Shown one piece after another: positions 37,050 through 51,500 of a stretch of DNA of 64,000 bases. The notes under the pieces are model-generated. The model searched no databases. It had not been told where the DNA came from and was given only the letters and a program-made list of their open reading frames with translations. The stretch's first letter is position 1; every line of letters starts with the position of its first letter. Where the stretch lies: contig JANJGN010000034.1 of assembly GCA_026770705.1 (NCBI GenBank), positions 5,084,001 through 5,148,000 on the forward strand, given 5' to 3'. The DNA comes from Isurus oxyrinchus. Lineage: Eukaryota. The position numbers and the translations under genes were made by a program.

Positions 37050-39140
37050 TTTCATAATTAACTTTTCCAGTGAATTTTCAATGTGCCATCTCCATATCAA
37101 GTCTACTATTTCTTAAATGTGGTGAACAATATTGCCCAAATTCCAGATACAATCTCACCAAATCATGTACAACTGCAACAAGGCTTATCTACCCTTGTAC
37201 ATCAATCCCATTTCCAATAAAATGCAAAATTTTACTTGCCACCCTGCTTTCTTAGTGCAACTGCATGCCAGATCTCGATGTTCCTTGCGCAATTGCACTC
37301 TGATTTCTTTGAGAAACAACACCTACTAGTTAATCACCTTTAGAAAAATATGTTTCTGATGCCTTAGAAAGTGAATAAATTCGCATGTTCCTCTGCTTTG
37401 CTGCACTTGTCATTTTTTCAGCAACTTGCCAGTCCATCCTGATTGCTACCATCTGCAAACATAGATGTATTGCACTCTGCCTCTTGATCTAAATAATCAC
37501 CATATAGTTTAAAAAGCTGTGGCCCACATCTGATCAGAGCGCGTCTCCATGTTTTCATGTCTGTAAACTTGTAAAAGATGGGCCCGTTTAATCTGTTTTC
37601 TATCCGGTAACCATTCCACTATCAGTGCCGATCGATTAGCCCAAATCCACTTGTCTCTATTTTGTGAATTAACCATTTGTGCCTCAAACTTTGGAATGTC
37701 TTAATAAATCCACGTACATAACTCGTATTCCCCCCCCCCCCCCTCTATTATACAGTATTAGTGACATTATCAAAAACCTACATATGGTTCAGGAAGCAAG
37801 ATTTACTTTTCTGTAAGGACACTGTCTCGTTCCATTAATGTTGCGCTATTCCAGATGCATTTGCTGAATTTTTCATCATAATAGAGTGCCAATTAATCCA
37901 ATTACTGAGGTTAGGCTAATTGGACTATGGTTCACTTTTTTTTCCTCAATCCTGCTTTTCTTGAAAAGCGGTGCAACAGTTGCCAATTTACAAACTAGTG
38001 TCATTGCAAATGAATATAGGTAACTTTTTGAAAGTGATAGATAACGCAGTATCATTGTGGCCACCCATCAGGAGCGGAGTGGCTAGGGCATCAGGTACCA
38101 GGGTCTGTTCGGTTCTTAGTCCATTATTTTGATCAATAAGGTACCTCTGTTGATATTAATTTCTATAATATCCTTACAATTGTACCATGAGTTTGTCGTG
38201 TATTTTTCGAACAGAACATATATCTTCTATTGTGAAGGAAGACAGAAAATATTTGTTGAATATCTGCATCATTTATTTGTTCCCCATGATACGTTAGTTT
38301 GTGTCAGAATCTGAGGGGCCTGCATTTGTTTAGCTGTACTCTGCCTTTTCATGCACTCTCATGTTCCATGTTTCCCTTTGATCAAAACTTTGGTTGATAT
38401 TTGCTGATATCTAACACACTCGCGAGACTTGATATCCCTTTTAGGAGAAAAGCAAGCCTCTCCTTTTATTGCAATTCTCTTGTTAACTTAGCGTTTGTGC
38501 CACAGATGAGTCTTTTTGCGCAATTTCATTTTTCGATGAACTATATTTTGTGGAACAATATTAATTGTTCCTTTGAACTTTGACAACAGTTGATATGCCT
38601 CTATAAGCTTTTGAACTTTCACAATCAGAAATAGCCTAACTATCTTTCCCATCCTTGTAAATGCTTTTTGTTTTGGTTTAAAGTGTTTGTTTGTGATTGG
38701 AAAATGCCACTTTCAAATTTCACTTACAATTAATTGTTATGATGATCACTATTTCCAGTTTCATTTTTTTAATATTACAACACGAATTGAACATGAGCAT
38801 TAACGTATTACTGATAAAAGGTACTGCTATCCTTCGATAGTTCCACTGCGTTCAAAACCAAGAATCTTCCACAAAAACAATTTATAACTCATCTTCCCTA
38901 CAATTCTGGCCAATTAATTGTCTCAGCTTAACTGAAGGTTAAACTTTCCAACAATAATTACATTTCATTTGTTATAGCCACCAACATTTTTTAATTTTGT
39001 AATTACTCAGTCAAAGACGAAACGGCAGGTGGAGGTAGTGTGAACTTTCCCCTCACTGCTTTCTGACTCCTGCGATGGCTAATTTCGACACATACTGATT
39101 CTACTCCATGAACTTTGAAGTCCAGTTCCTTTCTCTCCAC
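37050..39140 (-). mobile_element. Old decayed CR1 (RT to EN)
   Basis: CKLATVAPLFKK...NHSPISLTSVIG (37876-38064). Confidence 0.7.
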
Positions 39141-42100
39141 TAAGGAAGGAAATGGTTTTGACTTACTGTCACCAGACAGAACATGCAGTGACCTGGCAAA
39201 GATGTTGCGACCCTGTTCGAATCCAAATGTGGCAGATGACGGAATTCAGTTAGATAAATAAAAAAAAATCAGAAAGGGGATAATAAAAGCTGTCAATCGA
39301 CATAACAGTAACCATTTGGGTTACCAGTTCTCTTTACATAAGGGAGGTTGCAGCTCTTGATTGCGATGGTCTTCATGTGTCTCCTGAAAAACCACAATCT
39401 GGCTGACTCTTTTCTGCCCTCTGAAATTACAATTCTAACGGTATCAAACTGTTAGACAATCTATAAGGAATGAAACCGTAATGGCAACTAAGCATTTACT
39501 GAGGCACTGGGAAGTACAAAAGTAAACAAGCCCTGTTTTTCCTGCTATGTCATTTTCACTGGCCTCTGGGGCTTATTGCCCATGTTTGTAGATTGGGCCC
39601 ACAGCCTGATTATTCATGCTCACACAATCATATCATACGCATCATGCCCCAAACAACACTGTCGCCAGCCCAGGTAATGTCTTGTCCCACGTGCAGAGCA
39701 CGCCCCGCAGAGGTAACAGAACAGTAGTACAGACCAGCAGCGCAGTTGCCGTGGGAGCCCTCGGCATTGAATTCGCTAGCATGAATTTTCATGGCATCAC
39801 GTTAAACATGGGGAAGGAATCCTAATGCCATTTACCTCCTGCAATCTTCCCTCAGAACCCAACTGATGAATTAGCACTTGGTCATATTGACCAGTACTTC
39901 ACAACAACTGGAGGATGCATTGATATTTGTAAGGGCGCAGGATGTGATCTGAGTAGGGGATTTCAATGCCCATTACAGAGAGTGTTTCACAAAAAGCATT
40001 ACTGATTAGTTTGGCTGATTACTAAAGGGCACAGCTGCGAAACTGAAGCTTTGGAACGTTTTGAGATTATAATAAAGCCTGTGCAAAGCTCACACATTAC
40101 CCCAGTTTACAATATGCCTGCTGCAGATGCATCTGTCCATGACATTAATGGTAGGAGCGGTCACCGCATAGCTTTTCCTCAAACATTGCCCATCTTCACG
40201 TTAACAGACCCCGCACAGCCCCCAACCACACCCGCACCCACACCCCCTGCCATACCCCCCATCTGTTTTGTGTGCCAGGACAGGATTAGAACTGATACAG
40301 CGAAAAAGACTGGGCATGCATGAGGCTCTTTACGGCCATCAGCAGAGACAGAATTCTTCTCAACGACAATCTGTAACTGCATGTCAAGGCATACATTGGT
40401 TTCTGTCATTGCTGCAACCAGCGCTTTAGCTTGGTTCAATGTAGTGCTCAGGAGAGCAGGGTATGCCAAACTCAGCACCAGACGTAACAAAAAATGAGCT
40501 TTCCATGGTTGCCAAGCTACAATTGAAGCTCACCTCCAATCCAAGCAACGGAAGCAGAATACAATTTACAGTGTAAAGAATACAACATCTAACCAATCAT
40601 ATTTAAGCTCTGCAGTCCTCCTACATCCAGCAGTGCAGAATGGTGTTCAATTGAACAATGCACTGCAGGAGGAGGCTTAAAACTTAGTCCCACACTCAAT
40701 AATTGTGGAGCCGAGCACATCACTGCAAAAGAAAAGACTGAAGCATTTGCAACATTCTTCGTCCAAGAGGGGCCGTAAAGATGATGTAACTTCTCTTCCT
40801 CTGGTGGTCAGCAGCATCGCAGTTACCACACCTCAGCCGAATCTATCAACTCACGTGATATCAAGAAATGTCTGAAGGCCGTGAATAATAAAAAGCCCAA
40901 GGCCCTTCAAATTTTCTGCCATGAGTGCTGAAGGCACGCCCTTCAGCACTTGCAGCACACCTAGCTAAGATGATCCACTGCAACGACAACACTGGAATCC
41001 ATCCAATAATGTGGAAGTTTCCGCATGTATCTCCTGAATACACAGACAACACCCAGACAGATACACACACACACAGACACCTGCAGGACTAATCTATCCC
41101 AGCTAATTACTGGAAATAAGTTTATTCTGGAACATTTGCACATATGTGGAGGTTTTCCGTAACAATGCATTCATGAGGGACTTGCATAGCAATACACCGC
41201 ACATTAACACACAGTTTTTGTTCTGCCAACACCCTTGACTTCCAGGTTATAGCTTTGGTTCAAAATTAGAGAAAACAGCTAACTCCATAGGTCAGGTGAC
41301 AGTGCCTGCCCCTTGCATCTTTGCAGCATGAAACATGGCATTTAGCATCCGTGGCAAAACTGAAGCCAGTAAGTATCTTTGGAATCTGTCCGCTGGCTGG
41401 AGTCATAACTTGCACAATGGAAAGTTCTTGTTGTTGCCGTTCAACAATTTAACTACTAGGGCATTGCTGCAGGAGTAACGACCAAAGCGTAATCATATTC
41501 AACAGGTTCATCAATGACGATCCTTCCATCATATTGCACAAAATAACGCTGTTGGCTGGTGATTCTGCACTGTTCAGCACCAGTCGCGTCTACTCAGATA
41601 CAGAGGCAGTCCACCTCAATGTCAGCAACATCTGGGCAATGTCTTGGACAGTTTTGACAAGTGTCAAGTAACAGTTGAGTGACACAATTAACAGGCAAAC
41701 ACCCCCTCTAAGATGAAAGAATTTAGCCATTGCCCTTGACATATAACGGCGGTACAATCACCCCATCCCCCACTATCAACATGTAGGGGAGTTATCACTG
41801 ACCAGAAAACTGAACTGCAGTAGGATGGATTCAAGTGCAATTCAGAGCCTAGGAATCCAACAACAAGTAAATAACCTGCTGAATGTCATAAGCCTGTTTT
41901 TCAGCTGCAATGAACATGTTAGTGTGTGATGGGTCACTCATTAGTTTTGTGGATGCGGGTATCACCATCAACACTCAAAAAGATCTTAGGAAAGCAGCCC
42001 GATCGCGTTCCATGCCTTCCGGAAACATTAAATCACTCCAACAAGAGGCCCCATTACAGCAGTGTGTGTCGACTCCATGAAGCGCTGCAAGAAATCACCA

Positions 42101-42420
42101 AGGCTCCTTGGAGAGCACTTTGCAGAGCTATGAACGCTAGCAACTAAGGGGACAAGGAGAGGAAACGCATGCTAACACCACCACCTGCCAGTACCTCTGC
42201 AAGTCACAGAACTTACTGAATTGCAAAATAGCCCTATTCCTTGAATGCTACAGGGTTACAATCCTGGAACTCCTTCATTATTGACACTGAGGATTGAGTT
42301 TAACTAAATGGGCTGCAGCAGTATAGCTTTGGAGTGCAAAACAACATGTTCATGGTCAATTAGGAATTGGTAAGAAATGCTGACCTATCCAGCGATGTCC
42401 ATGACACATAAATTGATTAA
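39140..42420 (+). mobile_element. Full-length-like LINE family B: tRNA-like head plus a single decayed EN-RT ORF, no evident ORF1
   Basis: GTTCGAATCC at 39215-39224; GDFNAH near 39955; GRSGHRI near 40150; LAAHLAK...NTGIHPIMWK near 40950; 3' tail caattaggaattggtaagaaatgctgacc at about 42357-42420. Confidence 0.8.
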
Positions 42421-42639
42421 GATGTACCGTCATTATATAATTATTTATTATAAGAACTGCATGACCTCATTTTTCTTTCTGCCTGGCTTTCTGGAGTATT
42501 CCGTGCACTAGAATATTACTTTCCGGAATGATCAACTTGTGATAAGTATTCTGTAATGTGGAATAGGTCTAAATCATTTACATCTCTTCACGCCATACAG
42601 CTTCTTGCAGATATATTTCAAAATTTCCCATCACCTTAA

Positions 42640-44890
42640 GACATGTTACAAAATCACAGAATTATACATTGCAGTTTTGATCTTTTGGGCAATCAAATCG
42701 TCACCGAAATGTGAGAAACACCTGACCTGCCAACACAATGCCATTTATCAGAACTTGGCCCAAAGCCTTGAAAGTTATGACGTGCCAGTGCTCATCCAGG
42801 CATTTTTTAAAAAAGGATCTGAACAAACCGCCTCGACCACCCTTCCAGGAAGCGCTTGCCAGAGCGCCTGCACCATGTGGGTAAAAATGTTTTTCCTCAC
42901 ATCCCCCCTAAACCTCTTGCCACTCAGCTTGAATTTGTGCCCCCTCGTGACTGACTCTTCTACTAAGGGGTGCAGCTGATTTCTATCCATTCTGTCCATG
43001 ACACTCATAATCTTGGGTACATCGATCAGTTCGTCCCTCAGTCTGCTCTGCTCCAACAAACAAATTCCAATTCATTTCAAACACTGGTCATAACATTAGT
43101 ATTTCATCCCTGGCAAGTTCCTGCTAAATCTCCTCTGCACCCCCTTCATTGCAATCACATCTGAATTATTAAACTTGCGCAGAGAACTGCGCACATTACT
43201 CCAGCTATGGCCTCACAAAGGTTCTATATAACTCCAAAAAGTCCTCACAACTTTTGTAATCTATACCACGATTGATAAAGTTCCAATATGCCTCACCCAC
43301 CACGCCACTGAGATGCCATTCCGTTTTCAGAGATCTGTGGAAGCACCTGCCAAGGTCCCTTTGTTCATCAGAACTTCCGAGGATCATTGAATACTTCCTT
43401 GTCACATTTCTGTTCCCAAAGTGTATCAGCTCGCACTTTTCAGGGTTAAATTCAATGTGCCATAGATCTGTCCATTTCAACATGCTTTCTATATCTTCCT
43501 GTATCCCAAGACATTCAACCTCACTGTTAACCCCCCGGCCAATGTTTGTTTCATTCGCAAACATATTAATATTACTATTACTAATACAAAGTCACCTCTG
43601 TCGCTTATATAACTGAAATAATAGAGGACACAGCACGGTTCCTTTTGGCAAAAAACTGGACACGGGCTTGCAGTCACTATATCAGTCTTCTGTCACCACC
43701 CTCTGTAACTTACAATTAGGCCAATTTTGAATCCACTTATCAAATCAGCCTTTATCCCATGTGCATTTGCGTTCTTTATACGTCTTCCTTTTGAAACATG
43801 GTCAAAGGCTTTGCTGAAATCCATATCAATTGCATAAACTGCACTACCCTCACATCTGGCCACATCCACATAAGATTTAATTAATTTATTAGGCATGAAC
43901 TCCCTCTTAAAGAGTCATGCTTATTATCCCTTCTCATATCTTGCCTCTGCAAGTGTAGTTGGATGCACTTGATCAGAATTTTCTCTAATAATTACCCTGA
44001 CACTGCCTTAAGGCTCACTGGTCTGTTGTTCTCTACATTTTCTGTACAATCCTTCTTAAATAGATGATCCACATTAGCTATTCGCCCGTCCGCTGGCTCC
44101 TACCCCGTGGGCAGTGGAATTGAAAGTTTGTGTCATAGCCTCAGAGATCTCTTCCTTTTCCTCCCACAGCAGTCTGGGACGCAAATCACCAAGACATGGA
44201 GATTTGTGCACTTTTCAGCGTGCCAGTACCTCCAATAACTTGTCACTGCCTATAGCTGAAGAATCTCAAAGTCTCTCTCTCCGTGAGTTCCATGCCTTCA
44301 TCCTCATTCTCGTGAGTGAAGACAGATATGAAGCATTCGTTTAACAGCGTACTTTGGCAACTGGCTCCACGGTGATATTGCTCCCTTTGTCTCCAAGTGG
44401 CCCTATTGTTTCCCAGGTTATCCTATTCCCTTTGGTATAATTATAGAATATCTTGGGATTTTCCTACTTTGAACAGGCAGTGCTTTTCATATGCCCTCTT
44501 TGCTCTCCGAATTCCTTTATTAAGCTCCATCCTGCACTTTCCTCACACCACTAATGTCTCCTTTGATTTGCTCCCATCAGCACTGCTAAAAGTCGATTCT
44601 ACCCTTCTGATTTTTCCCTGATTATCTCTGGCCATCCATGGATCCCTGAGCTTGTTGCTCCTTTCTATCACCCTGGAGGGAATATCTTGATACATAATTC
44701 TCCCCATTTCGTTATGAACGCCACCACTGACCCTCTTCCCCCAACATCCCTTCTGTAGAAATCCGCGACAAGAAGCTGTTCCCAGTCTGCCATGCAAAGA
44801 CCTGCCTTATTTTACTGAACTGTTCTCTCATCCATTCCAAAACATATTTTTGCAAACTGTCTAATTCTTTGCAGATAAGAAACTTAACTG
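42640..44890 (-). mobile_element. CR1 LINE, 5'-truncated (same subfamily as 1865-3237)
   Basis: ORFs LEQSRLRDELI...TRGHKFK; MFANETNIG...FNPEKCE...YRTFVRP; MDFSKAFD. Confidence 0.9.
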
Positions 44891-46838
44891 GTTTGTGTTT
44901 CTACTCGATTGAATATTTTTATTACCAAGATTGGAACTTAGAACCACAGTTATTAGGCTTATGTACGAAATCAGACAACACTGTCTCATGCTAAAAATAA
45001 TCGTCAGAAACGTTATTGCGGGAAGTAAAACACGCAGCGAACATCAATCAGTCCTGAATCAGAAAAAAAATAACACCTTGAATGTCGAGTGTTGATCATC
45101 TCTAAATGATATTTAATGCCGATTCTAAAATTGAGCCAGATGCATAGAAACAGTGCGAGTGAGAGTGAAAGAGAGAAAAGGAGAGACATGCACATTTGTA
45201 TGTGGTGACAGAAACACAAGATAAAAAAAAGCAAGGGGGTGTACTAATACTTCATCATCACACAGAGATGCAAGGTGAAAATAATATGACCTCAACTTCG
45301 ACAGAGGCAGATGCTCACGTAAGTCGAGGCACACAATGGGACAGGAATATTCATAGTCAGGGAGGCAGAGAGGAAAAAATTGCAAAAGACATATATACAT
45401 AAATATGCAGTTTGAAAGAGACGTGAAAAATTAATAGCTTGAAAGAAAAAAAACTAATTGGTTGTTTTATGCGCAAGTAGAATAACAAAAAGCACCTTTC
45501 ATTCAGAGCAGTTCCTTCAGAGCAGTTCACCTATACGAATCGCAATAACTGATGCTAAAAGCGGAAGAAAAATGCTTAAAAAAAATCATAGAATGAAATC
45601 GGGCAAGTGCAGTGATCATTTAACGGCAGCAATTTCTTAAAGAAAGCAAGAACAAGAGATCACAGGCAACTGATGCCCAGGAACACGTCATTTGAAAGAG
45701 ATCACCTATAAGGTGTGAGAGTGATGAGAACAGACTTCCCTGGGGTAGGTTTGAGTCTCGGTCTAAAAATGAAAAATGTCAAACTTTTCCCGGCCTCTCT
45801 ATATCAGTGGAAGATGAATGTAAAATGTGCACGATCGCTCGATATAGACAAATGCAATTGCCCAAATTTGAATGATCCAGTACATTGCACTGCTCCTTGA
45901 AATACTGCCAGACGTTCATGCAAGACTTACAGGAATTCTAATGAAAGGTTACCAGAATTTTCAATGATGGCTTGCTACCTTCAAGTTCCTCAAACCGAAA
46001 TCAGCAAGTTGGTTAGTCAGCGAATCTGGTGAATCAATGCTCAAGATAAATTTTCCTTTTGGAAAGAAAGTTGACTTCAGGAGACTATTCTAAGTTTGAT
46101 ATTCAGCTTTTCTCTCTGACAGGGCACAGGATGCATACCTTTTAAAATGCTGAGCCCAAAAAGCCATTGACGTCGGAGGATTTTCTGGACCATGCATTCA
46201 CCTGGCACTTGCAACACCAAAAATTGTAGGAAAACATTTAGCATGCGAAAAGCTTCTGCATTACTGGTGTGGTGAGCGGGCCAATGGAGGGTCGCACTGT
46301 CAACCAGACTGTGGTTGTACAATGCATCCGCTACATATGTGGGAAACTTAAGTATTTAACAAAGTTTAGTGCAGCTGTTTGCGTTACATTTGACTCAAAA
46401 ATTACGTGGGATCTGTATCATCTCAAAATTTTCCGGTGTCACTGGACTTAGACAATCTAGTTAGATCAAAATGTATTGTTGACATTGACGATCAAATGCC
46501 TCCATGGAGTGAAATTGCTTCATATCATCGCCTCGGTGAATCTGAATGCAAAATCCGGAGTGGTTGTTAATTACATTTTCTATATAATAAAATCAAAATA
46601 AAATCCGCATAAGGAGACATGAGTGACGATTCTCCCTGGCGTCATTAGGATTAATTGGCAACGGCCTGCTCTTGCAGCCACAGTACTAATTTACCTTGGT
46701 TGACTTCACATGGGATGATCAATTATTGCGACATAGTTGAATCACCAATTTGGAAATCACTTTACGGGGCTACGTTATTAATGCATAACGAACTGATTTT
46801 TGCCAGAATATTTATGGCTTCCCCGTTCTGCTCCACAA

Positions 46839-46859
46839 AACTGTAAAAAAGCCAAGACT
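46839..46859 (+). pseudogene. Dead heptad micro-exon (acceptor AG>AA, in-frame TAA)
   Basis: gaatatttatggcttccccgttctgctccacaa|AACTGTAAAAAAGCCAAGACT|gtatgt. Confidence 0.7.
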
Positions 46860-47096
46860 GTATGTTACCAAAAAAATGCATCCCTGTGAGAAATTGTACG
46901 AAATAGTGTGTTGTTGGTAGGGTCGTAGCTGGCAGGAAAATCAACAAGATGCCGATGGATCACTCTAACTCAAAATAGTCAAAAGTCATTCGTCGATTCT
47001 CAAGAAATATAAGTAGCGGTCCAGAACCGGTGATTGTCCATTTTATCACCATCGCACATAATGCTGCAATGCACTTAGGATATTTGTGTGTATATC

Positions 47097-47098
<2 letters not shown>

Positions 47099-47128
<30 letters not shown>
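47099..47128. repeat. (TG)n microsatellite
   Basis: Visible TG run; degenerate equivalents at about 35405 and 55055 in the paralogous cassettes. Confidence 0.9.
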
Positions 47129-47132
<4 letters not shown>

Positions 47133-47137
47133 ATATC

Positions 47138-48550
47138 ATGGAAACTTGGAAAATAGGAGCTGTAGTACTTATTTCTGCCCTTTGGCCAAACATCAGAATT
47201 TGATATGATCATTGCTGATCCTAAATCTCAAAACCATATTCCCGTTCTCTTCCCATCACCGGTGATGTAATTAGGGTTTGGAACTCCATTAATTACCTTC
47301 CTAAATGTAGTCCGTGCATTGACCTCCACAGTCTTCATTGGCAGAGAATTCCAGAGACTCACCACAATCTGAATGAAGAAATTTCTCCTCATCACAGTCC
47401 CAAATGACGACACCGTATCCTCAGATTGAAAAAACGTGTTCTTTTTTCCAGAACTAACAACCCCCATCCGCCCGCCAAACGACTGGCGAATCATTCCTGC
47501 ACCGAGTCTGTCCAGCCCTGTCAGAATGCTAAAATTTCCAATGAGATACCATCTCTTTCTTTTAAACTCCAGTCACTAAATGCCTCCTGAAATCACTTCG
47601 TAACCATAAGGCAATCCTACTATTCCAATAGTCTTCATTGTGTGCCTTCTAACTCCCTCAATGGCATCTATATATTCTCCTAAATCAGGCGACCAAAACT
47701 GCATAAGCACACCATACGACGGGCTAGTGCTACATTCTTGCCACAGTGCTCAATTCCTCTTGCAACGAATGAACACAGGCCATTTAAATTATAAAATGAT
47801 TGATGCACTTGCATGCTTGCAGTCAGTGACTCGTGTACAAGGGCACTCGGGTTACTTTGTACATTAAAATTTCACAACGTATAGCCATTTAAATAACGCT
47901 CTTCCATTCTGTTTTTCCCACCGATATGGGTAACTTGACAATTGTCCTCGTTATTCTGCAGCTGTCATATTTTTACCCACTCTCTGAAATTGTCCAACTC
48001 GTCTTGCAACCACCTTGCATACTCTTCAAGGCTTACATTACAACGTTCTTTTGTATCATCAGCAAACTTGGAAATGTTACATTTTGTTTCCTCATCTGAG
48101 TCATTTGTATATAGTGTGAAACCCTGGGGGCCAATTACTCCTTCTTCTGGTGCTGTGCTCATGACCACATGCGACTCCAGAAAAGAAAAATAACTACACG
48201 TTATTTCTAAATCTGTGCTTCCTGTCCATTGAGTAATTGTCCTTCTATTCTAATATATTACTACAAAACCCATGCGCTTTCTTTTTGTACTCTAATCTCA
48301 TACGTGGGACTTCAGCAAAAATATTTCTGAGAATCCAATGTACCACGTCCATCCCATCATCAATTCTACCATTATGTCATCAGGAAACTGCTACAGGTTT
48401 GCCAAAAATAATTTCCCTTTCAAAAATCCATGTTGACCTTGTCTCACCCAATGATATTTTCCAAGTCCTCTGCTATGACAACAATTATTACAGACTCTTG
48501 AATTCTCCCAAAATAGCGATGTTAGGTCAACTCGTCTATAATTCTTAGTT
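47138..48550 (-). mobile_element. CR1 fragment carried in the duplicated cassette
   Basis: ORF 47965-48168(-) FTLYTNDSDE...ISKFADDTK; QHGFLKGK. Confidence 0.85.
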
Positions 48551-51500
48551 CCAGGCAGACTGACACTAGAACTGGAATTCATGAGCCAATACCCTTATAC
48601 TTCTGAGTCCATGCTTAAGTAAGAACAAGATTCCATCTAATTTTTCCTGTTTTGCCAATACTTCCAAAATATGGAAACACGTTGTATACGAAGTTTTGAT
48701 TCTTAGTTAGCCTGCTGTCCTGTCTCTGCAATCACAATCATTTCGTCATAGTGTGTATGTATGTGTGTGTGTTTGTTTGTCTGCCTGACCGTCTATGAAA
48801 ATGTGTGGTTGAGGAATGGTACAGGTGGAGGAGTCGGAATGGGAGAATAAAGTGAAGGAGACAGAGAGAGAGGGAGAAGGAGAAAGATGGAGACAGAGAG
48901 ACAAGGATAGACAGGGAAGGATTGAGAAAGAGAGGGGGAGGCAGCGATGGAGACAAATTGTATGGACGTCAGGAATGTACAGAAACGGAGATATTGTAGT
49001 CCAGATGCAAGGCGAGGAGCAAATCATTACAGTTTCATTCAAAACGCACCTACATCATGAGCACTCATTTTGCTGTTAGCAAATTAAACATTGATGTTTT
49101 AAAAAACATGTGGCCATTTGCCGTTTGATTTCCTAAAGCGGCATTAAGTCAAATGATCATTGCCAATGCTCCACAAAGCTCTTTGGAATTCATGCTTCTT
49201 TGATGATGGCTTTCAGAACAATGCCTTCACACTGCAGTTATTGATTCCATATTCTATAAGTTCCATTATTTTCATCAAGCCATGTCCTATCAATATTTCT
49301 AATACATGAATGGCCACATATGGAAGAATATACTATAATCATTATACTAGCGCATTGAATAGTCTACGCATTCTAGATCTCCAAATTTCAATTGTCCGCC
49401 TGCTGGTCATTCTTGGTTTGCTGATCGACTTACTGCAAAATAGTGCACATCCATTGCAAGTAATTGAACCCACTGAAGGACCATGTAACTCGAAGCTCTA
49501 TTCGAAGTGATCCACTACGACTGGGCTGCATGCCCTTCGTCAGCTTTAAATCAAAAATTCAAATTTACAGTCATTCTGTTCAGTCCATTTTTCAAAACAA
49601 AATGGAATGAGTGCAAACAATTAACTCATTGTTTTTACCCAACACCTCTCTGGCCTCCAGTTCTGAAAAAGTGCAATGAAGTTAAGATTTGCAGGTCAGC
49701 GAGTAATTCGGGGAGGCTAAAATGCTGCAGCGATCGTTCTTGGTTAAATATCCAAAGAGATCTGTGGTCATCTATGGTTCTGTATAAAGCAGTCCCGAAT
49801 TTGTTCCAGGCTGATTAGAAATTGCCAGCCAATGTTGATGTTTGTAGGTAGAGTAAAAATTATAATGAAGGATATATCATGTTTCCATTGGAGGAGAAGC
49901 GAAAGAGTGAATTAGTGGCCGATGTACTGATCTACAGGTAGACACATAGATATATTTTAGTTGATGGACAGGCATAACAACTGTACAAAAACACTTCGAC
50001 AGAAGCGGGAGCAGGCAAAGATAGATTGAAATGTGGTGAATCAGAACATCACAGAGTCGCTCCTACGTTGTTCAGCAGAGGTACAAAAGCAAACATGCAT
50101 GCAGTTAGAGACAGTTATATGTGGAGAGAGAGAGGGGGAAATGGAAAGGTAATGAAAAAGTGAGATGGCTTGCTTGAAGGATCAAAACGCTTATGACCTG
50201 GTGATACATGAGAAGAAAAGCACATATAATTAGCACAGTGCAGCTGATTGTTTTATAATTACAAGTAGTTGAGTATTTCTTAGATTTTGGAATGGGGAGA
50301 CAATGTTAATTCGAAGGCAATAATCGGCGGATGCGCGGATGTTTTAAGATGTTGCTTGATCCGCAAGGTAATGAATGTTCTGAGCCAGTATGTGCGTGAA
50401 AGCTTTATCATATTCATCAGATTTTAGAACTATTACATGAACTATGTTATATATATTGAACTAATACTTAAAGTACATATCCTTCAGAAAGCATTGCTTT
50501 AAACCGAATTGATAGTCCATTAGGGGAATGATTCCCTCGCAGATACAACATTTGGAAAGGCAGAAAAGTCACTGACTGGAGACAACTTTCATCAATTATG
50601 TCGTTAGGCAGAAGTAAATGGTTATAAATAGGTGGGCAGGCGGATTCAGTACCGGCGATAAAGAGTAAAATATAAGCATCCTTCGTCACAATGGCAGGGA
50701 GGATTACCTGTCTACCAAGGCAGAACATGAACAATAGCTCGTTCTTAATGGAGTAAACGTTGAGGGAGAGAGAGAGTGAGAGAGAGAGAGAGAAAGGCAG
50801 AGAGAGATTGAAACGAAATGATCGCACATGTACTGATTAAAAAATGTTCAGGGGGGGAATGCATGTCTTGTGAGTTTATTTGTTCAGGGTAAGTGTCATT
50901 GGACTTCTTACTGTCCATTTCCCATTGGGCATGCTATATTTGTTGAGGGTAAAAACCATCCATGAAAAGCTACTGGTCAAAGTTGAATGTATACCAAAAG
51001 TACAAATAATCAGTATGTGCCAGGTTTTAAACAAGCGACGATAAGGAAAATATTACGCCACTCAATGTAATCATGGTGAATGACTCGTCGGGAATTTTCA
51101 AGTGCTTTGCTTCCGTGATTCTGCAGTTTTTGTGCTCATTAGTCGATGTGACATGCTTGCAACCCTGAAAGTGAATGCGCTTGTAGACACAGTTTGGCAG
51201 AAGAGCGGGAATGTCGACAATTGTGTAGTTGATGGTAAGGGTGCTTAGACAAGGTTTGCTGTTCTACGTGTCTCCCCGCCAGACTGGTTGAGTGCTGGAG
51301 TGCTCCACAGAACTTCTGTCGCTGATATTAACCCAAAATGACTGCGCATTTTTAATATGTTGGGAGCGCTTTCAGTGCAGATCAGCAAATACGTGGGCCA
51401 TGAGGGCTGGGTCAATAAATAAATGTTGTGCTGTTGTTGGAAGCAATAATGCCATGAATTGTGTTGGGAATAATTTCTTTTGTGTTCTCTAAATTTTTTT

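Noticed and set aside
50284-50304. ttag|ATTTTGGAATGGGGAGACAAT|gttaat, 21 nt between AG and GT
   Set aside because: Peptide DFGMGRQ is not heptad-like, the donor is poor and there is no cassette flank homology
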